Source of the DNA: Candidatus Aenigmatarchaeota archaeon
Lineage (GTDB): Archaea; Aenigmatarchaeota; Aenigmatarchaeia; CG10238-14; SpSt-28
DNA length: 64,000 bases
Direction: 5' to 3'
Assembly (NCBI GenBank): GCA_038733315.1
Contig: JAVYPJ010000001.1
Coordinates: 263,863 to 327,862, forward strand
Every line of letters begins with the position of its first letter. Position 1 is the first letter of the stretch. A program made the position numbers and the translations under genes. A model generated the notes under the pieces. That model searched no databases. It was not told the DNA's origin and was given only the letters and a program-made list of their open reading frames with translations. This document shows, one piece after another, positions 56,587 to 64,000 of the stretch.

Positions 56587-57401
56587 GAATAGCAGGCTTC
56601 TCTGGCTATTTTTATCCTTTTTTAGAGAGTGAAATAATAGAATTCATAAAAAAGTTTGAAAGCGAGATTCCTATAAAATCTGAAAAAATAATTTCTGCTA
56701 TAGTTCCGCATGCTGGTTGGGTTTATAGTGGGAAATGTAGTTTGTATGTTTATAAAAATTTAAGCGAAATCGAAAATGTAATAATAATTGCTACAAATCA
56801 TTCTTCCATAGGCAAAGTTTTATTAAGCTTAGAAGATATAAAAACACCCTTAGGAAAAATAGAAATAAATAGAAAAATAGTAAAACAAATTTTGGATGAA
56901 ATAGAATTTAGTGAAATAAATGAAGAAATACATTGTAATGAGCACGCAATAGAAGTTCAGTTACCATTTTTACAATATTATTTAAAAAAGTTTAAGCTAA
57001 CTCCTATACTAGTTTCTAATTTAGAATTAGATGAAATAAAGAAAATTTCTAGTTTTCTAAAAAATAACATAAATTTCAAAAATTCTGTAATAATTTTTAG
57101 TGGTGATTTAATTCATCACGGCGCTATTTATGGTTTTGAGATATTTAAAGAAAATAAAAAAGAAAATGTTAGGAATGCTGATTTAGAAATAATAAATTCT
57201 ATATTGGAGAAAATTTTGGAAAAATATTTGAAGCTAATAAAAAAATATCATACAGTTTGTGGTTATTATGTTTTTCAAATTTTTATAGAATTAACAAATA
57301 GCTTAAATCTAAAAAATGAACTATTATGCTACTATAATTCAGCAGACGTAACTAAAAACGAAGATGCTATTGTAGGATATGCATCTATAATTTCCTACTA
57401 G
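56583..57401 (+). CDS. amrB: AmmeMemoRadiSam protein B (MEMO1 family)
   Basis: G.FYP, PHAGW.YSG, EHAIEVQLPFLQ, SGDLIH.G, TVCG, VGYAS. Confidence 0.9.
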   Translation: MRIAGFSGYFYPFLESEIIEFIKKFESEIPIKSEKIISAIVPHAGWVYSGKCSLYVYKNLSEIENVIIIATNHSSIGKVLLSLEDIKTPLGKIEINRKIVKQILDEIEFSEINEEIHCNEHAIEVQLPFLQYYLKKFKLTPILVSNLELDEIKKISSFLKNNINFKNSVIIFSGDLIHHGAIYGFEIFKENKKENVRNADLEIINSILEKILEKYLKLIKKYHTVCGYYVFQIFIELTNSLNLKNELLCYYNSADVTKNEDAIVGYASIISY

Positions 57402-58495
57402 CCAAAGTTAACTATTTTATATTTTTTATTCTCTATTTCATCTATTTGTTTTGGAAATAAAAGTTTTGAAGTTTCGGCGCTGCCAACAATATGTATTTTA
57501 TAATTACAAAATTTGCATCTGTTTTTCTTATTAAGATTAATTTCTTGAACTAGAAAGCCAACTCTCTTTATTAAAATATTTTTACAGTTTGGACAATAAG
57601 TGTTTTCTAATTTATGGTTAAAAACATTGCCTATATAAACGTATTTTATTCCTTCTCTTATCGCAATCTCTGCATGCTTCTCTAAAATTTCTATTGGAGT
57701 TGAAGGAAAGTTTAACATTTTATAGGTTGGTGAAAATCTTAGAAAATGAATTATCGATTTTTCTCCTAAGCAATCATATATTTTTTTACATAATTTTTTA
57801 CAATCATCTAAGTTATCACCAACTTTTGGGATTATTAAGTCTGTAATTTCTAAATGAATTTTTTTCTTGCTTAGCTCCTCTAAGCTTTGAAATACAGGTT
57901 CATAAGAAGGTATAGAAATAAACTTTCTTGCAAATTCATTATTTCCATTACCTTTAAAATCTATAGAAATCGCATCTGAAAATTCAGAGAAAAATTCTAT
58001 AGATTCATCGCTTAAATAACCATTTGTTATGAAAATTATTTTTAGGCTTTCTTTTTTAGCAATTTTTGAAACATCGTAAATATATTCTGCATATATTGTA
58101 GGTTCATTATAAGTAAAACAAATCGAGCTAATGTTATAAATTTCTTTATATTTTTTCGCAATGTTAACTATTTCATTTGGTAAGAATTCAAAACCTTCTA
58201 TTTTTCTTCTTTGGGAAATATCATAATTGCAGCAATACTTGCAAGCCCAATTACATCCAAAGGTTCCGAAGCTTAATGCTACAGAACCTATATAAAAGTG
58301 AAAAAATGGTTTTTTCTCTATCGGATCTAAATTTGCTGCACAAAATAAACCATAGTTTGCTAAATAAAGCTTATTATCTTTATTAATTCTAACTCCGCAA
58401 AAACCAACTTGGTTTGGTAATAGTTTACAATATCTTTTGCATGCAGTACAAATAACTCTATTTTTTTCTATTTTATAAAGAATAGCCTCTTTCAT
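57398..58495 (-). CDS. amrS: AmmeMemoRadiSam radical SAM enzyme
   Basis: C..C...C, GFCGVR, DPIEKKP.FHF, GCNWACKYC.N..ISQ, FTYNEPT, YVYIGNV, CP.C. Confidence 0.92.
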   Translation of the reverse strand: MKEAILYKIEKNRVICTACKRYCKLLPNQVGFCGVRINKDNKLYLANYGLFCAANLDPIEKKPFFHFYIGSVALSFGTFGCNWACKYCCNYDISQRRKIEGFEFLPNEIVNIAKKYKEIYNISSICFTYNEPTIYAEYIYDVSKIAKKESLKIIFITNGYLSDESIEFFSEFSDAISIDFKGNGNNEFARKFISIPSYEPVFQSLEELSKKKIHLEITDLIIPKVGDNLDDCKKLCKKIYDCLGEKSIIHFLRFSPTYKMLNFPSTPIEILEKHAEIAIREGIKYVYIGNVFNHKLENTYCPNCKNILIKRVGFLVQEINLNKKNRCKFCNYKIHIVGSAETSKLLFPKQIDEIENKKYKIVNFG

Positions 58496-58521
58496 AAATA
58501 AATTTTTTACTACAGAAAATT

Positions 58522-58761
58522 ATGACTAAGAAAGAGGTAATAAAAGAGGTTTTTATTCCTAAATGGATGGCTTGGTTTAATTTAGTTTTGATGGCATTAA
58601 TTACAGTTTTTATTCTGTACATTAATTCTGTTGTTCCAGAAAGTGAAAAAATACCAGCATTAGGTTTAGCGATGATACTTTTAATTTTTATAATTATTGT
58701 CGTTATAGTATTTTTATCGGCATATAGAAGATTGCCTATCTACTATTTAAAGGAAAGATAA
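58522..58761 (+). CDS. Small two-TM membrane protein
   Basis: Two hydrophobic helices; upstream of trm56. Confidence 0.65.
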   Translation: MTKKEVIKEVFIPKWMAWFNLVLMALITVFILYINSVVPESEKIPALGLAMILLIFIIIVVIVFLSAYRRLPIYYLKER

Positions 58762-58764
58762 TTA

Positions 58765-59283
58765 ATGGAAGTTTATGTTTTAAGATTGTTCCATAGAAGG
58801 GAAAGGGATAAAAGGGTTACAACTCATTGTGCACTAGTTGCTAGAGCTTTTTTAGCAAAGAAAATGTTTTATTGTGGAGATAGGGATGAAAGTTTAGAAG
58901 ATAATATAAAAGACATTAATAAAAGATTTGGTGGTAGTTTTGAAATTGAATACGTAAAGGAATGGAAAAAATTATTAAAAGATTTTTCTGGAGTAAAAAT
59001 TCATTTAACTATGTATGGAATACCTTTATTAGATAAATTAGATGAAATTAAGAAAAAAGAAAAAATTTTAGTTATTATCGGTTCTGAGAAAGTTCCTAGA
59101 GAAGTATATGAAATTTCTGATTATAATATTTCGATAACAAATCAGCCGCATTCAGAAATAGCGGCCTTAGCAATATTTTTGGATAAAATTTTTGAAAGTA
59201 AAGAGTTTTTTGTAGAATTTGAAAATGCTAAGATAAAAATAATACCTAGCGAAAGGAATAAAAAAGTTTTAAAGATTAAATAG
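58765..59283 (+). CDS. trm56: tRNA (cytidine-56 2'-O)-methyltransferase aTrm56
   Basis: RL.HR.ERDKRVTTH.ALVARA, HLTMYG, G.EKVP, NQPHSE.AALAIFLD. Confidence 0.96.
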   Translation: MEVYVLRLFHRRERDKRVTTHCALVARAFLAKKMFYCGDRDESLEDNIKDINKRFGGSFEIEYVKEWKKLLKDFSGVKIHLTMYGIPLLDKLDEIKKKEKILVIIGSEKVPREVYEISDYNISITNQPHSEIAALAIFLDKIFESKEFFVEFENAKIKIIPSERNKKVLKIK

Positions 59284-59294
59284 TATAGGTAAGT

Positions 59295-59798
59295 ATGGTG
59301 GTTGGACTTTTTGTTGCGAGGTTTCAGCCTTTGCATAAGGGGCATGAAAGGGCTATAAGGAAAGCTCTGAAGTTATATGAAAAAGTAATAATAGTAATAG
59401 GAAGTGCGGATAAGAGCAGAGAAGAAAAGAATCCTTTTACTGCAGAAGAAAGGAAGTTAATGTTAGAAGCAGTATTTTCTAAGGAAATTAATGATGGAAA
59501 AATTGAAATATTGGCTATAGAGGATAAAACTAGCGATGAAGAATGGGCAAACGAATTAATTTCGAAAGTTAGTTTTGATGAGGTTTATACTGCAAGCGAT
59601 TGGGTAGCAAAAGCTTTTGAAGGAAAAAAGAATGTTAAAAGGTTTAAGCCATTTAAATATGAAACTATAAACGGAACAAATATTAGAAGATTAATAAAAG
59701 AGGGAAATGAAGAGTGGAAAAAATATGTAAATAAGAAAATAGCTGAAATGATACAAAAAGTTGCACTTAAGGAATTCTTTTCAAAACTTTCTTCTTAA
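59295..59798 (+). CDS. nadM: Nicotinamide-nucleotide adenylyltransferase (NadM-like)
   Basis: RFQPLHKGH, IGSA, NPFT.EER..M, GT.IR. Confidence 0.85.
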   Translation: MVVGLFVARFQPLHKGHERAIRKALKLYEKVIIVIGSADKSREEKNPFTAEERKLMLEAVFSKEINDGKIEILAIEDKTSDEEWANELISKVSFDEVYTASDWVAKAFEGKKNVKRFKPFKYETINGTNIRRLIKEGNEEWKKYVNKKIAEMIQKVALKEFFSKLSS

Positions 59799-59812
59799 TT
59801 TTTTTTAATTCT

Positions 59813-59887
59813 TAGCGGGGGGTGGATTTGAACCACCGACCTCCGGGTTATGAGCCCGGCGGGCACTCCAGGCTGCCCTACCCCGCT
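59813..59887 (-). tRNA. Initiator tRNA-Met(CAT)
   Basis: Reverse complement AGCGGGGTAGGGCAGCCTGGAGTGCCCGCCGGGCTCATAACCCGG...GGTTCAAATCC...CCCCGCTA. Has the A1-U72 pair and three G-C pairs in the anticodon stem. Confidence 0.95.
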
Positions 59888-59944
59888 TCATTCATATAAT
59901 TTAATTTTCTCCAAATAAATTATTTGTCAATTCTCAAAATATTT

Positions 59945-61363
59945 ATGGAAGAAAAAATAAGAGAAGTAATTAAAGAGGCCTTAAAAATGTCAATACCTTC
60001 TAAGAGCGAATATGAGTATGTAAACGAAATTAAAGATAAGGTTTTATTTTTCGCTGAAAAACATTCAAGAATATATAATGCAGAGGTAATGCTTTGTGGA
60101 AGTTTTGCAAAGAATACATGGTTGCCAAAAAGATATGAAATAGATATTTTTATTTTATTTTCTCCAAAATTGGATAAAGAAAGGTTAGAGGAACTTGGCT
60201 TAATAATAGGCAAAAGAGTTGCAGAGGAGTTAAATGCAGAATATATAATTGAATATGCTGAGCATCCATATGTTAGAATTAAATATAATGATGTTCAAAT
60301 AGATATAGTTCCAGCGTATAAAGTTAGTAAAGCCGATGAAAAAATAAGCGCTGTAGATAGGACTCCTTTTCACACAATATATGTAAAAGAAAAGCTTAAA
60401 AATATATTAAACGACGAAGTTAGATTGTTAAAGAAATTTATGATTTCTAACGAAATATATGGAGCAGATTCGAAAACAAATGGCTTTAGCGGTTATGTAT
60501 GCGAGCTATTAATAATTAATTACGGAACTTTTTTAAACACAATTAAAGCAGTAGCAAACTGGAAGCCAATAACTATAATCGATATAGAAAATTATTATTC
60601 TGAAAATGATAGAGAAGTTTTGGTCAAAATTTTTAAAAACCAACCTTTAATAATCATAGATCCTATAGATAAAGATAGGAATGCTGCTGCAGCGGTAAGT
60701 ACATATAATTATTTTAAGTTTATTAATTTGGCAAAATCATTTTTGGAAAATCCGTCAACATCTTTTTTTGAGAAAAAAGAAGCAAAAATTGTTAGCGAAG
60801 AAGAAATAATAAAATATCAAATGGATAGAAGAACAGAGCTAATAGTTTTGAGATTTTTTAGGCCAAAGGTTGTAGATGATATAATTTATCCTCAAATGAG
60901 AAAGTTTGCTAATAGAATTGAAGAAATATTAAAAAAATATAATTTTAGGGTGCTTAATAAAGATGTTTTTTGTAATGAAAAGTATTGTTACTTAGTTTTA
61001 GAGATGGAAATATTTAAGCTACCAAAAATAGAAAAGAAAATAGGTCCAATTTTTTTTGATTTAAATAATTCTAAGAAATTTATTGAAAAGTACAAAAATA
61101 ACATAACTTATATTGAGGAAAATAGATGGGTTGCTGAAGTAGAAAGAAAGTTCGTTAGGGCTATTGATAAGATAATAGATAGTTTAAATAAAGATGAAAA
61201 AACGTTAAGGGAAAAAGGAATTCCAAGTTTTGTTGCTCAACAGATTTCTAAAAACCTTGAAATAACTAATGAAACTTCTAAAATCAAATCGTTTGTTAAA
61301 GAAGACGAAGATTTTGGAAAGTTTTTAAAGAAATTCTTTAATAAAGAGAAATTAATAATATGA
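59945..61363 (+). CDS. cca: CCA-adding tRNA nucleotidyltransferase (class I)
   Basis: GSFAKNTWL...EIDIF, YAEHPYV, DIVP, SAVDRTPFH, GFSGY..ELL, DP.D..RNAAAA. Confidence 0.96.
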   Translation: MEEKIREVIKEALKMSIPSKSEYEYVNEIKDKVLFFAEKHSRIYNAEVMLCGSFAKNTWLPKRYEIDIFILFSPKLDKERLEELGLIIGKRVAEELNAEYIIEYAEHPYVRIKYNDVQIDIVPAYKVSKADEKISAVDRTPFHTIYVKEKLKNILNDEVRLLKKFMISNEIYGADSKTNGFSGYVCELLIINYGTFLNTIKAVANWKPITIIDIENYYSENDREVLVKIFKNQPLIIIDPIDKDRNAAAAVSTYNYFKFINLAKSFLENPSTSFFEKKEAKIVSEEEIIKYQMDRRTELIVLRFFRPKVVDDIIYPQMRKFANRIEEILKKYNFRVLNKDVFCNEKYCYLVLEMEIFKLPKIEKKIGPIFFDLNNSKKFIEKYKNNITYIEENRWVAEVERKFVRAIDKIIDSLNKDEKTLREKGIPSFVAQQISKNLEITNETSKIKSFVKEDEDFGKFLKKFFNKEKLII

Positions 61364-62106
61364 GAATAATTGCCATAACTAGCGGAAAAGGTGGTGTCGG
61401 TAAAACTTTTTTTTCTGTTAATTTAGCTACGGCGTTAGCAAAAATAGGAAAAAGTGTAACTCTAATAGATTCCAACTTTACAACACCTAATACAGCATTA
61501 GTTATAGGGTATCTAACTAGATTTAATACTATTCACGATTTTTTAAGCGAAAACGTTAAAGATGTTACTAGCGTTATACATAAGACCAGATATGGTTTTA
61601 AAATAGTGCCAGGTAGTATAGATTTAGATTCTATGGTTAACTCTAACATAGAGATGTTTAGACTGTTCTTAGAAAAAATAAGGGATGATTTTATAATATT
61701 AGATACAGCTGCTGGAATCGGCAGAGAGGCTTTGTATTCTATTTTGAATTCTAACGAAATTATTATAATCGTTAATCCAGAAATTTCGAGTATTATAGAT
61801 GCAAAAAGAATTTTGGATATCTGTAATAGAGTTAATAAAAAAATCTTGGCAATAGTTGCAAACATGGTAAATAGTAAAAAAAGTGTTAAAAAAATAGAAG
61901 AATATATAGGTAAAAGCGTAAATTTAGTTTTACCTGAAGATAAAAGAGTTAGAAATTCTATAGAAAAAAGAATTCCATATATTGAAATGTATCCAAATTC
62001 ATACATTTCTTCACAAATTTTGAATTTTGCAAGTTATTTGTCTGGAGAACTCTATACTTTTAAACCAAGTTTTTTTGAAAGATTGAGATTTTCCTTTTAT
62101 ATATGA
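61360..62106 (+). CDS. minD: MinD/ParA-family ATPase (archaeal MinD-like)
   Basis: SGKGGVGKT, ILDTAAGIG, P..SSI.DA. Confidence 0.8.
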   Translation: MRIIAITSGKGGVGKTFFSVNLATALAKIGKSVTLIDSNFTTPNTALVIGYLTRFNTIHDFLSENVKDVTSVIHKTRYGFKIVPGSIDLDSMVNSNIEMFRLFLEKIRDDFIILDTAAGIGREALYSILNSNEIIIIVNPEISSIIDAKRILDICNRVNKKILAIVANMVNSKKSVKKIEEYIGKSVNLVLPEDKRVRNSIEKRIPYIEMYPNSYISSQILNFASYLSGELYTFKPSFFERLRFSFYI

Positions 62107-62639
62107 ACGTTTTTGAAGCTATAGAGAAAAGAAAAAGTGTAAGAAAGTATAGAAATATAGATGTGGATTTAAATAAAATCATAACTATACTAGAATATTC
62201 TATATTGGCACCATGCGCAGGAAATGTTCAGGAATGGAGATTTATAGTGGTTAATGACAAAAAAATTAAAGAAGAGTTAGCAGAAGCTTCTTATAACCAA
62301 GATTTTATAGCTGAAGCTCCATATGTTATTGTAATTTGTGCTGATGAAAAAGAAATCTATAACGCATATGGTAAAAGAGGAAAAGAGAGATATATGTATA
62401 TGGATTGTTCTTTTGCAGCGGCAAATATAATTTTATCTGCAGTTTCCTTAGGTTTAGATACTTGTATTGTTGGCGCCTTTGAAGACGAAAAAGTTAGCAA
62501 AATCTTGAATTTGCCAGAAAATATTAAGCCTATATTTATAGTTCCAATCGGTTATGCCGCTGAAGATCCTATAAGACCCTTAAGAAAGCCGATAAGTTCA
62601 ATAATTTTTTATAATACTTATGGGAAAAAACTTAAATAG
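62103..62639 (+). CDS. Nitroreductase family protein
   Basis: R.SVR.Y, AP.AGN.QEW.FIVV, LGL.TC.VGAF, PIGY. Confidence 0.92.
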   Translation: MNVFEAIEKRKSVRKYRNIDVDLNKIITILEYSILAPCAGNVQEWRFIVVNDKKIKEELAEASYNQDFIAEAPYVIVICADEKEIYNAYGKRGKERYMYMDCSFAAANIILSAVSLGLDTCIVGAFEDEKVSKILNLPENIKPIFIVPIGYAAEDPIRPLRKPISSIIFYNTYGKKLK

Positions 62640-62660
62640 TTTTAAATTTAATAAATCTTA

Positions 62661-64000
62661 ATGAAGATGAAGCCGAATAACTTAATACTAATAACTCTTT
62701 TTGTTTTTCAGATTTTTCTTATATCCTTTTCTCAATTTTCTGATAGAGTAGAAGTTAAAATACCTTCTCTTTATAACATAAATGCAGGACAAACAGTAAG
62801 GATACCAATAGAAATAAAGAATTTAGATTATAATGAAGTTAAAGTTTTCCTTTATGTATTTCCGCCATATTATGAAGGAATTTCTGCTTATTTTGATGTT
62901 AATAATGTAGTGCTTTCTCCAAATTCTGAAGCTAGTGTTAACTTAGTGATTTCTGCTCCTACTGAAGCTAAAAGCGCTATAATAACTTATCAGATATTTG
63001 TAGAGTATAATAATATTAAAAAAACTTATAAGATGGAATTAAACGTTATAGGTGGTAAGGGTGAAATAAAAGTAACAAATTTTGGAATTAATAAAAATAG
63101 GTTTGATCCAGATGAAAGTCTAATAGCTTTTGTTGAGTATCAGAATTCTAAGAATATTGTAACTTTCGTAAGAGCAAAAATGGAAATTTCAAGAGAAAAT
63201 GAAATAATTAAAACAGAGGAGAAAACTGTTAATATTCTTCCATTTTCCAAAGCTTCTTTAAACTTTTCTTATCTTTTCTCTTATTTTGACAGGCCAGGAA
63301 AATACTATATTAACATATACTCTTATGATGAAAATAAAAACACTATATCCAAACTTTCTTTTGAAGTCTTTTTGAATGAAATAAATAACGTAGAAAAAAG
63401 AGTAGATAAACAATTTTCGATATTTCAATATAGAGTTAGTGTAGAGATAGAAAATGTTGGTAACGTTATTCAAAAAATTAGGTTAGAGGAAGAATTTCCG
63501 ATTATACTCAAACCTTTTGTGGTTTTTGAAGGAATGAATCCAAAAATAGAAAATAATAAGGCAATTTGGGAAGTTGATTTAAAACCTAAGGAAAAGATTA
63601 CTTTTTCATATTCTATAATATACTTACCTATATTATTACTAGCCTCGATTTTAGTAGTAGCGTTTTTGGTATTTTTATTCTTTTATTTGCTTAAGCCAAG
63701 AAGCCTTAAGAAATATGAGAAGTTCGAAGATATTTACAAAATTAAAATATTTATTAAAAATAGCTCAAGAAAGAGAATGAAAAATATAGAGATAAGTGAT
63801 TTTGTACCATCTCTATTTTCTATAGTAGAGTTTGAAACATTAAAACCGCAAGTAAAGAAATCAAAAGATGGTTATGATTTGATTTGGAAAATTAGAGAGT
63901 TGAAACCTAAGGAAGAGCTAATAATCTCATATAAAATAAAACCTCTAATAGAAATTATTGGAGAGGTAAAGCTTCCGAAACCTAAGATTAAATATGTATT
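62661..64000 (+). CDS. Exported Ig-like/membrane protein, 3'-truncated by window edge (missing from the ORF track)
   Basis: ATG at 62661 gives MKMKPNNLILITLFVFQIFL...; beta-rich domains, a TM near 63620-63690, then IEISDFVPSLF...LIWKIRELKPKEELIISYKIKP. Appears open to the end of the window. Confidence 0.8.
   Translation, partial: MKMKPNNLILITLFVFQIFLISFSQFSDRVEVKIPSLYNINAGQTVRIPIEIKNLDYNEVKVFLYVFPPYYEGISAYFDVNNVVLSPNSEASVNLVISAPTEAKSAIITYQIFVEYNNIKKTYKMELNVIGGKGEIKVTNFGINKNRFDPDESLIAFVEYQNSKNIVTFVRAKMEISRENEIIKTEEKTVNILPFSKASLNFSYLFSYFDRPGKYYINIYSYDENKNTISKLSFEVFLNEINNVEKRVDKQFSIFQYRVSVEIENVGNVIQKIRLEEEFPIILKPFVVFEGMNPKIENNKAIWEVDLKPKEKITFSYSIIYLPILLLASILVVAFLVFLFFYLLKPRSLKKYEKFEDIYKIKIFIKNSSRKRMKNIEISDFVPSLFSIVEFETLKPQVKKSKDGYDLIWKIRELKPKEELIISYKIKPLIEIIGEVKLPKPKIKYV

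Noticed and set aside
4197..63473. Many short antisense or alternative-frame ORFs (e.g. 4197, 6811, 21900, 32697, 50603, 59920, 61533, 63258)
   Set aside because: They are shadows of well-supported genes and carry no motifs of their own.
1..64000. Alternative genetic code or recoding
   Set aside because: Conserved genes are full length under the standard code and end at TAA, TAG or TGA.

Overview
An AT-rich, gene-dense archaeal chromosome segment. A DPANN lineage, probably Aenigmarchaeota-like, is inferred from the unlinked 23S gene, the uS9 tail, the fragmented ribosomal operons and the surface-protein families. The GC-rich stable RNAs suggest a thermophile. Contents in order: (1) the end of a cas1-cas2 module and a decaying defence region with AAA+/DUF4143 ATPases and an unannotated cas6 remnant, with no CRISPR array; (2) glycogen/glycosyltransferase genes; (3) housekeeping and tRNA-modification genes (cysS, alba, MtaB, ThiI-Trx-SufS, Taw1, Trm1, aTrm56, CCA enzyme); (4) a stand-alone 23S rRNA closed by a perfect bulge-helix-bulge stem; (5) a ~16 kb type IV pilus-like surface locus; (6) ribosomal protein genes, tRNA-Gly(CCC) and tRNA-iMet. 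The strongest signals are in the rRNA locus. The 23S carries many substitutions at near-universally conserved peptidyl-transferase-centre, A-loop and sarcin-ricin positions, several of them compensatory. A candidate box C/D sRNA just upstream has a D guide matching this altered A-loop and points to U2552 by the N+5 rule. The pilin-like proteins all lack the usual K-G/A prepilin cleavage motif, and some carry protease or beta-propeller cargo. All calls come from motif recognition and manual alignment; no searches were run.
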